Translations under genes and position numbers: made by a program
Shown here: one piece after another, positions 9,222 to 18,847 of the stretch
Position numbering within the stretch: the first letter of the stretch is position 1
How the letters are laid out: every line of letters begins with the position of its first letter
NCBI GenBank assembly: GCA_964558645.1
Contig: CAZLEV010000019.1
Coordinates: forward strand, 1-49,895
Direction: 5' to 3'
Origin: an uncultured archaeon
GTDB taxonomy: Archaea > Asgardarchaeota > Thorarchaeia > Thorarchaeales > Thorarchaeaceae
DNA: 49,895 bases
Notes under the pieces: model-generated
Told to the model about the DNA's origin: nothing
What the model saw: only the letters and a program-made list of their open reading frames with translations
The model's database searches: none

Positions 9222-12200
9222 CTACTCGACTTCAAAGAACTCCTTAGCATCAAACTCTTTGTCTCTCTTCTTCTGTTGCTCCCTTTTTCGGCGTTCAATC
9301 TCTTCACGTCGAGCCCTCTCCTTCCTAGAAAGAAACGGACTGGAAGAAACGGGTGGAGGAGGGGGGCTCTTTCCTCTGCGCTTTTTGTAATATGTATGAG
9401 CAATCACTGCAACACCAACCAGACCACCGCCGACTAGTAGAATAAGAACAGGCGACGGACGGATGTAGATGAAACCGACCAAAGTGATTGTCATTGAATC
9501 GTACCCGCTCCTCCTTCCATTAAGACTGAGATCGTGATATCCGACCCGACCGCTTGTCCATTCCTCGGTCAAGGTGACGACGTAGACACCTTCTCCAGTT
9601 TCTGATACCATGTGTGTGACATCTGTTTCATTCATGTAGGCCTCAATATCAATACCCTCCAGAGCCTGACCAACCGCATCGCTGATTCGGAGTGTGATGA
9701 TAATACGATCCCCCTCCCATGCAATCTCCTGATTTGTGGATATTTCGTCCAATATCACCGAAGGCTGTTCGAACCAAGACACAGCATTCTCCACTGTCAG
9801 ATTTGCCTGGAGCCCTGCGGGTATCGTGGTGGAGAGAGCTATCTTACCAACGCCAACTGTAGAGGCAACAATGACGGGATTATCTCCATCTGTGGCGATG
9901 ATAGAGAAGTTCGCCCATTGACCTGCAAAATGGCCTTGATGATTGACTTCGGTACTCAGTTCGTTCGGTACACTCACCAATGGATGCGCATCATCCACGA
10001 AATCGATTCCAGACGACGAGGCTGAGGACACGTAGGTAAGAGGCCATGGGAGCCATGAGAGATCACCGGACACTCCCAGGACCACAAGGGTCCCACCACC
10101 CGTAACATAGTTCAGTATGTCGTCTTTTGATGATGCAAACTCCGAAGAGAACTCAGAGGTAGTATCGGGTTCTACTAAGATACATCTTCTGAGAAAGAGT
10201 AGACGCAGAAAATCCGAGTAGTTGGAAACTTCATAGTAGTCATGGTCTAGCACTAAGGAGTCAAACACAGAGGGCAGATAATCAGAACCCCCAAGACCGA
10301 CAATAGGTCGAGTCCCCCTACCTGGTCGATGTCCATCAAGCGAGAGCCCATAGGGATCGACAGCTACAATATGAGGACTGTCAGATGGATGGTACAGTAC
10401 CACACGTGGGTCGCCAAACAGGATGTGTTGGTTCGCGTAATCACGCGGCTCACCGGTCGGCAGTGGATCCGAGTAGTCTGACGAGACCAGTGTCAAGGCA
10501 TCAGACAACGATCTTCCAACAGGTCTTCCTGCGACGAGAGACTCGGTTATGTATAACGAGAGCATAGCTGCGGGTTGAAAGTAGACAGTACGTGGAGAAC
10601 CGAAGACGGCTACAGACCCCCGCTCCATGAGAACCGAGGGAAGGCGAGATCCTCCAAGAAGACATGCAGTGAGTAGAACGATGGGTGAGCCTATGTTTCC
10701 AACTCGCCCTTCAAGAACGGACGTGGTTTCAATTCGGTGATGAGCCTGTTCGGCGGTAAACATGACGGGGTTCACAAGCTGATCTCCGTTAGCATCTCTC
10801 TGGCTCTCTGTCTCAACACCATAGGGCATGTCTTGATCACGAAGAGAGAAGAGACCTTCACCTTTAGGCCGATTCGGAGGATCGGTGGGATATCGCGTCA
10901 GAGTGCCATGCGTACTGAAGGTCCAAAGGGCGAGTTGAGAGTTGACTGCCTCATACACCTCGTTGTAACCAATATGCGACTCAACAGTGAAACCTCTATC
11001 TTCAAGCATGGATGTTGAGTTCTCGTATTGATAGATTACATTCAAGTTGTAGTTGTTATCCAGAAGACTGGCACCGTGGGTGTACGCGTACATACTGACA
11101 AGCGAGGTGTCAGCAGACTCAGAGGTCTCAAAGAGGAATCTGTGGAGCATACCACGGTTGATCATGACAGAAGCCATTGCGGGATCAGATGCGGGAATTC
11201 GACCCGGAGAGAAGTGACTCTGAAGCGACCTGTCGAAACTGGTCTTCACTACGTCGGTGGGCGAAACAACAACCACATCTTGAGGAGAGGATGAGTTGTA
11301 TGCCCCCCTGTCAACTAAGAATGCCTCAAAGGAGTCTACTGAGAGCTGCATGGAGTATTTGTTGGGAATGCGTTCGTCATACCATCCATTCTCAGTTCTT
11401 GTAGAATATCGATTAGTCACATAGACATCAATCTCAGGCCCAATCAGATAAGGAGCCCATGTTTCTTCTGCACGGGTCATCATGGAATTATCGGCGTCAC
11501 AGAGAGAAAAGACGGGGGCTCCGCGATAGGCTGCCGTCAATGCAGCTGGAGCGAAGAACTCAGAACCGTCGCCTCGAGGCACTGTGATGACCACATCATT
11601 GGAAGTAGAAAGGCTCTTTATCCACTGGGTAACAAGCTGGTAGTTGTTCAGATTGTTGACGAAGAAGTCAGTGTCCAATGCATCATAGAGCTGGGATGTG
11701 TGGACACCTTGGGGATCCACAAGAAAAGCTACTGAAATCCCAAGTCGACTGGCAGCCCAGTCCGTTATCTCTGGAACCTTGTCTCTGTCAACATAGAGAA
11801 GCGGGGCATTCAACAGCGAGGCCAAGACTGCACCATTTGCAGCAGATTCGAGATACGCCTCCAGTAGAGAGGGAGAGGTCTCCATCTGCCAGGATAGGTT
11901 CACGTTGTTGTTCTCGGCTGTTGCATCCATCCACGCCACCACGACAGTCCATGTCCCAGCCATTGGATATTCGATGTCAACGCTTGCCGAACCAGGACGA
12001 GCCAGAATGCTGCCCGATGGATCCCAGGCAACGAGACGCCCAGTTGGGTCCACCAAAGCCAGATTGAGATCCGCTGCGGTCTTGTCCCAGCCCAGGTCGA
12101 TATGTAGTGATGAAATGTCTGCTCCAACAGCAATCTCAGAGGTGAAACTCGGGTGATACTTCAGGATGAAATCCAGAGGTAGTGGATTGTTAATTGTGGC

Positions 12201-13088
12201 CCAAGGATATAGACGCAACGTCCATTCGCCATCCATTGTCTTTGGAATCCAGAATTGTAGAGGCACAGGGGCATCAAGCTGAGGACTGAAACGCTCCCAA
12301 TACGTCTGGGTCCAGACTGAGTAGTCAACCACTCGTCCACTAGGGTCTCTCAGTACGTGAGTGAAGTAGGCACTGCCAGTCCAGTTGATTGACGCTTCTA
12401 TCCAGCCACAGTCGGACGGCGGAGTGAAGACCACATCTACAGGATCCGTAGAGGGGACGGTTACATCAGGCGTATATGTGGTCACGGGCTGGTTGTTAAA
12501 GACGTACTCCGTGCCATCCCCCAACAGCGTAACGCTCTCGAATGAATCCTTAGCCAGTGCAAAGACGCCAACACTAGAGCTCTGCCAATCAGCCACCGCA
12601 ATCTCAGCCGCAATCTGAGCTGAGGATGTCCCCCGAATCCACGGAAATATTGAAGTTCTTGTTCTTTGTTTAATCTCCCTAGCAATGTCTGGGCGAAGAT
12701 CACCAATAATCATCGTCTGCGTCGTCCCGCCATCGATCGATACGTAGTCGGCCCAGTCTTCAGACAGCCATATCTCCGATTGAGAGTTCTCACTTAGGAT
12801 GAGTGGTGACACGTAGGTGGTACCACCGCTATGGAATACAGAACTGGGAACAGCAGCCATGTACGAAAACTCATCTCTGTAGGAAAATGGATCATCAGCC
12901 ACGTAGGCTATACGTCTAAGAGGTGTCAATGAAGAAGCATTTGCAGAGAGAGCATATGGGCTCGAACCAGAGGAGCCTCCGTCCATACTCTGAAACATAT
13001 GCCGTGGTACATTAGCAGAAAGTAGCAGATTTGGGATACAAAGGACTATTACTAATGCCACAACAGCTCCACGATTAGGTTCTCGCAC
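9222..13088 (-). CDS. Large secreted, C-terminally membrane-anchored protein: CWB2-like repeats, PPC-like beta domains, gingipain/C25-like (clan CD) peptidase domain, GATase-like and Ig-like domains
   Basis: N-terminal signal; LWTFSTHG and IVLLTACLLG dyad motifs; VAVFGSPR; HILFGDP; GAVLASLLNAPLLYV-type repeats; DLNLALVDPTG; C-terminal TM followed by KKRR. Confidence 0.8.
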   Translation of the reverse strand: MREPNRGAVVALVIVLCIPNLLLSANVPRHMFQSMDGGSSGSSPYALSANASSLTPLRRIAYVADDPFSYRDEFSYMAAVPSSVFHSGGTTYVSPLILSENSQSEIWLSEDWADYVSIDGGTTQTMIIGDLRPDIAREIKQRTRTSIFPWIRGTSSAQIAAEIAVADWQSSSVGVFALAKDSFESVTLLGDGTEYVFNNQPVTTYTPDVTVPSTDPVDVVFTPPSDCGWIEASINWTGSAYFTHVLRDPSGRVVDYSVWTQTYWERFSPQLDAPVPLQFWIPKTMDGEWTLRLYPWATINNPLPLDFILKYHPSFTSEIAVGADISSLHIDLGWDKTAADLNLALVDPTGRLVAWDPSGSILARPGSASVDIEYPMAGTWTVVVAWMDATAENNNVNLSWQMETSPSLLEAYLESAANGAVLASLLNAPLLYVDRDKVPEITDWAASRLGISVAFLVDPQGVHTSQLYDALDTDFFVNNLNNYQLVTQWIKSLSTSNDVVITVPRGDGSEFFAPAALTAAYRGAPVFSLCDADNSMMTRAEETWAPYLIGPEIDVYVTNRYSTRTENGWYDERIPNKYSMQLSVDSFEAFLVDRGAYNSSSPQDVVVVSPTDVVKTSFDRSLQSHFSPGRIPASDPAMASVMINRGMLHRFLFETSESADTSLVSMYAYTHGASLLDNNYNLNVIYQYENSTSMLEDRGFTVESHIGYNEVYEAVNSQLALWTFSTHGTLTRYPTDPPNRPKGEGLFSLRDQDMPYGVETESQRDANGDQLVNPVMFTAEQAHHRIETTSVLEGRVGNIGSPIVLLTACLLGGSRLPSVLMERGSVAVFGSPRTVYFQPAAMLSLYITESLVAGRPVGRSLSDALTLVSSDYSDPLPTGEPRDYANQHILFGDPRVVLYHPSDSPHIVAVDPYGLSLDGHRPGRGTRPIVGLGGSDYLPSVFDSLVLDHDYYEVSNYSDFLRLLFLRRCILVEPDTTSEFSSEFASSKDDILNYVTGGGTLVVLGVSGDLSWLPWPLTYVSSASSSGIDFVDDAHPLVSVPNELSTEVNHQGHFAGQWANFSIIATDGDNPVIVASTVGVGKIALSTTIPAGLQANLTVENAVSWFEQPSVILDEISTNQEIAWEGDRIIITLRISDAVGQALEGIDIEAYMNETDVTHMVSETGEGVYVVTLTEEWTSGRVGYHDLSLNGRRSGYDSMTITLVGFIYIRPSPVLILLVGGGLVGVAVIAHTYYKKRRGKSPPPPPVSSSPFLSRKERARREEIERRKREQQKKRDKEFDAKEFFEVE

Positions 13089-13201
13089 TTCTCATGTCTC
13101 CTTGCAGATAATGAAGAGAAGCTCTTCAAGTCAAATAGGCTTTTTCTTGAGGTAGTCAAGGCTTGAGTATACTAGAGCATTTCTTGGGTCTGCGACGAAC
13201 T

Positions 13202-14062
13202 CTATATCAAGTCCTCATCGAAATCATCATCGAGATCATCCTCGTCCTCTTCCTCCTCCTCGGGAAGAGCATCAATGACCGAATCAATGACCTTTCGTAG
13301 TCGACGGCGAGTGGACTTGGGAATGTCCCACATCTTACTCTCAGCTCTCTCAACGACTTCTCGAGAGAACTCGTAAATCTCAGCTTCAAGATAGAGCTTG
13401 GCGGCCTCAGTGAAGTGCTCAGCTGCTTTCTTCTGGTCGCCCTGCAGCTCCGCAATATCTCCTAGAAGAGAGAGGGCATCGGCAGTACCGGCCTTATCAT
13501 CAATCTCTTCATAGACCTTGAGGGCCTTCTTGAACATCTTAACAGCATTGTCCCAGTCCTCTTTGTCTGCATATGCATTGCCCATATCCATGATTATGCT
13601 GGCAACACCTTGCTGGTTGTCGGAGGCTTTGTAGGCCTTCTGGGCTTCCTTGAATAGGTCCATTGCTGAATCAAAATCGCCTTGGCCCAGATTCGCCAGT
13701 GCAAGTGCATAGACAGAATCAGCTTTGCCTTCTTCGTTCGACAGCTTCTCAAACATATCCAAGGCCGTCTTGCACGTTTCAGTGGCCTTCTCCCATTGCT
13801 CAAGGTTAATCTGGGCCAAGCCCAGGTTGTATAGAGCATCACTCATGCCCACTTCATCGTCCAGTTCCTTGTAGAGTGTGAGGGCCTGATCAAAACAGTC
13901 GTGTGCCTCTTCGTATTCGGCATATGACATGTAGATATTCCCGACTTCATTGTATAACTTGGCTGCATCCTCTTTGCTGCCAGACTCCTCCAGATTTGCA
14001 GCCTCCTCAAGCAGCATTGCCGGGTCCAGATCATCAAAATCGTATTCCTCACTCATGGGCAT
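13202..14062 (-). CDS. Tetratricopeptide repeat protein with acidic termini
   Basis: About five ~40-aa TPR units (e.g. ALYNLGLAQINLEQWEKA, IIMDMGNAYADKEDWDNA); D/E-rich C-terminus. Confidence 0.88.
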   Translation of the reverse strand: MPMSEEYDFDDLDPAMLLEEAANLEESGSKEDAAKLYNEVGNIYMSYAEYEEAHDCFDQALTLYKELDDEVGMSDALYNLGLAQINLEQWEKATETCKTALDMFEKLSNEEGKADSVYALALANLGQGDFDSAMDLFKEAQKAYKASDNQQGVASIIMDMGNAYADKEDWDNAVKMFKKALKVYEEIDDKAGTADALSLLGDIAELQGDQKKAAEHFTEAAKLYLEAEIYEFSREVVERAESKMWDIPKSTRRRLRKVIDSVIDALPEEEEEDEDDLDDDFDEDLI

Positions 14063-14125
14063 GTCACATCCATTACGTCTGCCTTGAGCCCGTTTATGTC
14101 GCTTTTGATTCTTTCTGATTGTGAC

Positions 14126-14827
14126 TTAGCGACTCATAAGGAGCATTGGGTTCTCAAGAATGGGGCGTACACTATCCCGGACCTTGAATTCTTCGTCACC
14201 AACTTGAACCTCTAGGAGTTTCCTGAGTTCAAAACGCCTCAGATAACCGACAACGTGTTCTCGATTCATGTTGAGGTCTGCCATTAGTCTGCTTAGTCCG
14301 TCTGATAAACCGCTGTACTCAGCCATCTTCTTGAACACAGAGCACCATTGCATCATAGAGAGATACAGTAGAGTACGCAGTACGTTATCGATGTTCTCTC
14401 CGGTCTTGGCTGAACATGGGATTACAGGTAGACCAACGAGAAAACTCATGCTCTCACGAAGCCTGTCAACGGGGCGTGCAGCATCAAGGTCCTGCTTGTT
14501 AGCGGCAACAACGCAGGGAACCCCAGGCAGAAAGAATGCAATCTCTCTGAAGAAGAGCCTAGCTCTGGCATCCGACTCCTCATCGACCGAATCGACAACG
14601 AAGATTATCCCATCTGCGCCTGAACTCAGAATCTTTCTCATTGTCCTGAATCTAAGGAGTCCTGGTGTTCCAAACAGGAATACACTCATACCATCTACCT
14701 TGGCCACACCGTGATCCATGGCTATGGTCGTGCCATTCCGCTCTACATTGATGCATGCACCATCGGTTATTTTGTGAACAATGGAGCTCTTCCCCGATTC
14801 ATATGGGCCTGTGACTACAATCTTCAT
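14126..14827 (-). CDS. Small GTPase (CvnD/MglA-related) with C-terminal winged-helix; start moved to ATG 14827
   Basis: MKIVVTGPYESGKS, TTIAMDHG, GTPGL, NKQD, CSAKTG; the C-terminal ~60 aa resemble a wHTH. Confidence 0.85.
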   Translation of the reverse strand: MKIVVTGPYESGKSSIVHKITDGACINVERNGTTIAMDHGVAKVDGMSVFLFGTPGLLRFRTMRKILSSGADGIIFVVDSVDEESDARARLFFREIAFFLPGVPCVVAANKQDLDAARPVDRLRESMSFLVGLPVIPCSAKTGENIDNVLRTLLYLSMMQWCSVFKKMAEYSGLSDGLSRLMADLNMNREHVVGYLRRFELRKLLEVQVGDEEFKVRDSVRPILENPMLLMSR

Positions 14828-14934
14828 TCGCTTGCACCCAATCCTGCATTCCGTGCTTTGCGTCCTCGTAATCATATCGACAGTTAATAATGATTTGGCG
14901 TTCCTTCTCTTAGGTGTTACTCGAATGATTCCCA

Positions 14935-15243
14935 ATGGCCAGACAACCTGAAGACTTGGGGGCTGTATCGGCGAATCGATGGTGTGCCAAGTCGGTTTCG
15001 TCAAAACCCGTATCAAAGAAGTTATATCGGCAAAACGCGAAGTATTCAGTGAGAATAATACTTGGAGTGAGCTTACTCTTGGCAACAACAAAGCAAGTCA
15101 AAGAACCTGAATTCTGGCTGTTCCACGATGTGGAAGAGGAAGAGATCGTCGAGATTCGAAAATTCATTGACCCGGACCTAGACTTAAGTTCGCTGAAAGG
15201 ATTCGACAAACTTCTTGATAAGCTGAATCATCTCATCGAATAG
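14935..15243 (+). CDS. Hypothetical small protein (uncertain)
   Basis: 102-aa ORF in the gap between the GTPase and rtcB; the C-terminal half is protein-like and the stop overlaps a hairpin. Confidence 0.35.
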   Translation: MARQPEDLGAVSANRWCAKSVSSKPVSKKLYRQNAKYSVRIILGVSLLLATTKQVKEPEFWLFHDVEEEEIVEIRKFIDPDLDLSSLKGFDKLLDKLNHLIE

Positions 15244-15494
15244 AGCCGTGATGGCTCTAGCCAAATGAACCGAGTCTGGCCGACTTCCTTTCTTAGCTAG
15301 GCAAGGCTTTGGCCAGCAGATCGTTTTCTACCTGGCTAGCACCATTCTTGAAATGATATACCCGTCAGAAGAGATAGTGCCAAGCCATTCATTGACCGAC
15401 GCTCACTAAGAAGAATATCACACATGCATTATTTCATAAGTCTTAAAGAGAATTCTAGGCTTGTTATGACCGTTCCACAGAGGAGAGTTTAGTC

Positions 15495-16940
15495 TTGGAT
15501 ATTAAGAAGATTGATAATAATCTCTACGAAATACCAAAGGGCACCAAGCCCTGCATGAAAGTGCCTGTACGAATCTACGCATCGGACACTCTGATCGACA
15601 AGATGAAGCAAGACAACACACTCAACCAGAGCATCAATGTTGCCTGTCTCCCCGGCATCCAACAGAAGAGCATTGTTCTTCCTGATGGGCATCAGGGTTA
15701 TGGTTTTCCAATTGGCGGCGTGGCCGCGATAGATTACAACGAAGGAGTCATCTCACCTGGGGGAGTAGGCTATGACATCAACTGTGGAGTGCGAGTGCTT
15801 AGGACTAATCTTAGAGTAGATGATGTTACCCCAAAGCTACGGGAGCTGGTGGATAGACTATTCGACAACATTCCAAGTGGCGTTGGTAGTACTAGCAAAG
15901 TCAATCTCCGCAGTGAGGGCGGAGTGGATGAGGTTCTCAATCTTGGAGCAAAATGGAACATAGAGAATGGGTATGGCTGGGAGGAAGACCTCAAACACAC
16001 TGAGGCGAACGGGAGTCTAGAGGTAGCAGACGCATCCAAGGTCTCAGCTCAAGCCAAGGGACGAGGGAACAGACAGGTAGGAACCCTTGGTTCTGGAAAC
16101 CACTTCTTGGAAGTTCAGGCAGTAGACGAGATCTATGACCAAGAGGCAGCCAGAGCCATTGGAATTGAGGAGACCGGTCAGATAACAGTGATGATCCACA
16201 GTGGGTCTCGCGGCCTTGGTCATCAAGTCTGTAGCGACTACATCAAGACCATGACTAGGGCGATGAAGAAGTATAACATTGATGTGCCAGACAGAGAGCT
16301 CTGCAGTGCACCGGTGACCTCTGACGAAGGACAGGCATATCTAGCAGCAATGAGCGCTGCAGCCAACTATGCTTGGGCTAACAGACAGACTATGATGCAC
16401 TGGACCAGAGAGACCTTCGGCCGGGTCTTCGGCCAGTCACCAGAGGATTTAGAGATGCATCTGATATACGATGTTGCACACAACATGGCAAAGGTCGAAG
16501 AGCATGAGACAGAGGGGAAAAAGAGGAAGGTAGTCGTCCATAGAAAAGGTGCCACCCGAGCATTCCCACCGAATCACCCTGAAACACCGGAGCTCTACAA
16601 GAAGATTGGGCAACCAGTTCTGATTCCAGGCACGATGGGGACTGCTTCCTATATCCTCAGAGGTGATGCACGGGGAATGAAACTGACGTTTGGTTCAACT
16701 GCTCACGGAGCGGGCCGAGTGATGAGTCGAACTCAGGCGAAACGAGACTTCTATGGTAAGGATGTGCAAAAGCGACTTGCTGGTGAAGGAATACTCGTGC
16801 GTGCACCCAGAGCCGTTGGCATAGCAGAAGAAGCGCCTGGAGCATACAAGGACGTTGACGAGGTTGTTCGTGTATCGCATGAAGCAGGAATCGCAACCTT
16901 GGTGGCAAGACTACGACCCATGGGTGTCATCAAAGGCTAG
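15495..16940 (+). CDS. rtcB: RtcB tRNA-splicing/RNA repair ligase
   Basis: LPDGHQGYGFPIGG, GYDINCG, GTLGSGNHFLE, HSGSRG, HN, HRKGAT, HGAGR, EEAPGAYKD; no intein. Confidence 0.97.
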   Translation: MDIKKIDNNLYEIPKGTKPCMKVPVRIYASDTLIDKMKQDNTLNQSINVACLPGIQQKSIVLPDGHQGYGFPIGGVAAIDYNEGVISPGGVGYDINCGVRVLRTNLRVDDVTPKLRELVDRLFDNIPSGVGSTSKVNLRSEGGVDEVLNLGAKWNIENGYGWEEDLKHTEANGSLEVADASKVSAQAKGRGNRQVGTLGSGNHFLEVQAVDEIYDQEAARAIGIEETGQITVMIHSGSRGLGHQVCSDYIKTMTRAMKKYNIDVPDRELCSAPVTSDEGQAYLAAMSAAANYAWANRQTMMHWTRETFGRVFGQSPEDLEMHLIYDVAHNMAKVEEHETEGKKRKVVVHRKGATRAFPPNHPETPELYKKIGQPVLIPGTMGTASYILRGDARGMKLTFGSTAHGAGRVMSRTQAKRDFYGKDVQKRLAGEGILVRAPRAVGIAEEAPGAYKDVDEVVRVSHEAGIATLVARLRPMGVIKG

Positions 16941-17858
16941 TGGCGCCTTTCGATTCGCGCGTGCAATGTCTGTGAGCACAAGAGCAATTCCTATCAATAT
17001 AACAAAAAACCCAACGAAGGTGATTGGCAGCGGAATCTCATTCAGAAACACTGCTGCCAATAGAGTTGCACCCACAGGTTCTCCTAACACTGCAGCAGAT
17101 ACTACATAGGCTGGAACCAGTGTAAGCAGGTAATTGTTCACGGAGTGCCCAAGAACTGTGGGAAAGATGGCCAAAGCTAGGAAGAGCATCAACTCTCTGG
17201 GTTCAAGAACTGCTACACTGACACCCTGTATCAAACAAAGAACGAGAGTGAATCCAGATGCAGCAATGTAGACGATCGAAGTATAGACCGTGATGGGTAT
17301 TCCGCGAGCGAATCTACGCCCTCCGATAAAATACAGTGCCAGAAAGAGTGCGCTAAGAAGAGCCAGCAGGTCGCCGCTGAGTGCCCCCAAACCTGATGAT
17401 ACAAGATCACTCCAAGCAAGAAGAATGGCTCCCGATACGGCTATGACAATTCCACCCCACGACTTTCGGCCGAGCTTCTCTTTGAGTACGAAAGTGGAGA
17501 GCAGAGCTGTGAAGATAGGTGAACTATCAGTCAGAACCACACTTGCAGCTACAGTTGTCAGAAAGAGAGACGTAAACCACGCAGAGAAATGAAGGCAGAG
17601 AAACAGCCCAATTACCGCAAACCACTTCCAGTAATCACGTACTGCTTGTCTAGACTGGATTGTATAGTCACCTCGTACAAGGCCAATAGATGCCATCAGG
17701 ACGGCACCAAGAAGTGTTCTCCAGAAGACTATGACAAGAGGAGGGGAGTGACTCAATCGAATAAGAATGCTGGCACTAGAGACCATAGAAACTGATAGGA
17801 CCAACAGCAGCACGATTCGTGGACTGTCTTCTGGCTCGGCCTCTATTCTGTGATTCAT
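16911..17858 (-). CDS. DMT/EamA family transporter; start moved to ATG 17858
   Basis: About 10 TM helices in two EamA repeats; GEPVGATLLAAVFLNE. Confidence 0.88.
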   Translation of the reverse strand: MNHRIEAEPEDSPRIVLLLVLSVSMVSSASILIRLSHSPPLVIVFWRTLLGAVLMASIGLVRGDYTIQSRQAVRDYWKWFAVIGLFLCLHFSAWFTSLFLTTVAASVVLTDSSPIFTALLSTFVLKEKLGRKSWGGIVIAVSGAILLAWSDLVSSGLGALSGDLLALLSALFLALYFIGGRRFARGIPITVYTSIVYIAASGFTLVLCLIQGVSVAVLEPRELMLFLALAIFPTVLGHSVNNYLLTLVPAYVVSAAVLGEPVGATLLAAVFLNEIPLPITFVGFFVILIGIALVLTDIARANRKAPLAFDDTHGS

Positions 17859-17871
17859 GGCTCCGCACCAA

Positions 17872-18360
17872 CTAATCAGTAGAGCGTCCGCACAGAACAC
17901 ATACATGGTGATTGTCTGATCCGAAAGCGACTTCAGAGTCACAGTGCATGCACTCTCTCAAGACTAGGTTGTTGAAGTCGATGCCTTCTAGTATCGACTG
18001 GACATCCGTTGAATCTTCGTAGGTGAAGAGGGCCTTTCCTCTTGCTCCTAGAACCATACGTGAAAGCCGATCACTGCCTGCCTGTCGGAAGAGCAAGATG
18101 GGTTTGCGGTGCTCGATGGCCAGCATTATCTCCATTCCAACGCCCAGAGATGGGTTGCTGACTTCACCTACAAGAAAGTCTGAATCTCGTACCCACTGCA
18201 CATCCCGCAGATATATCTCCCGAGGCTCCAGGGGAGCGAGAAACTGAGGTGCAAAGACCTCAATGTGATGCTTTCGGAGAGTTTCCACTACAACACTGTA
18301 GAAGTCCCTCTTCTGAAGGTGTGCGTGGATTATCGGACCGGAGAGATAGGCATGAAGCAT
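17872..18360 (-). CDS. Nucleoside 2-deoxyribosyltransferase / DNPH1(Rcl)-like N-glycosidase with C-terminal Zn ribbon; start moved to ATG 18360
   Basis: YLSGPI, IYLRDVQW..DSD..VGEVSNPSLGVGME, SRM; C-terminal CMHC...CVLC. Confidence 0.82.
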   Translation of the reverse strand: MLHAYLSGPIIHAHLQKRDFYSVVVETLRKHHIEVFAPQFLAPLEPREIYLRDVQWVRDSDFLVGEVSNPSLGVGMEIMLAIEHRKPILLFRQAGSDRLSRMVLGARGKALFTYEDSTDVQSILEGIDFNNLVLRECMHCDSEVAFGSDNHHVCVLCGRSTD

Positions 18361-18373
18361 TGCTGGCCACCAA

Positions 18374-18781
18374 TCAGTCTGAATCGGTTCTTGTCTGTGA
18401 TCCCGATTGATCCATTCGGCCCATAAGGTCTGATACCTCGGGCACTGTGCCGTCATCCTCGACAACTTCCAGCTTGCCAGAACGCCCAAGGGATAGTTGA
18501 GGTTTGCCTTGCCACTCTTTGGCCCACCCATCAGTGATTCTTAGAACATCACCGACCATCAAGTCGGAGCCTTCGCCAAATCCCCATAAGGTCAGAATGA
18601 TTGTGCCGCTTTCGTCGCCAACCAGAAGTTCGGTCAGCTGTGTCTTCCGTCCTCCACGTGTGCGTATTATCCGAGGCGGGGCTTTCGAGATAACACGAAC
18701 AATGACCTCTGACACATTCTCGTTGGTTTCGATGTCTTCTATCTTCAACAGTTGTTCCCTACAGTATCTCAAGAGCTTCAT
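18374..18781 (-). CDS. ssb: Single OB-fold ssDNA-binding protein (crenarchaeal SSB/RPA-like); alternative start TTG 18748
   Basis: VGDESGTIILTLWG, GDVLRITDGW..EWQGKPQLSLGR. Confidence 0.85.
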   Translation of the reverse strand: MKLLRYCREQLLKIEDIETNENVSEVIVRVISKAPPRIIRTRGGRKTQLTELLVGDESGTIILTLWGFGEGSDLMVGDVLRITDGWAKEWQGKPQLSLGRSGKLEVVEDDGTVPEVSDLMGRMDQSGSQTRTDSD

Positions 18782-18847
18782 TTAATTGAGTCTTCCGAGA
18801 CGACCACAGAGAGATCAAAACTTGAGAAAGCAGACTGCAAACACTCC

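Noticed and set aside
14828-15091. 88-aa N-terminal extension of the GTPase in the ORF track
   Set aside because: The G domain starts at MKIVVTG (14827); the extension is not protein-like and spans the probable promoter.
15495-16940. Intein in RtcB
   Set aside because: The length (481 aa) and contiguous DINCG motif show no insertion.
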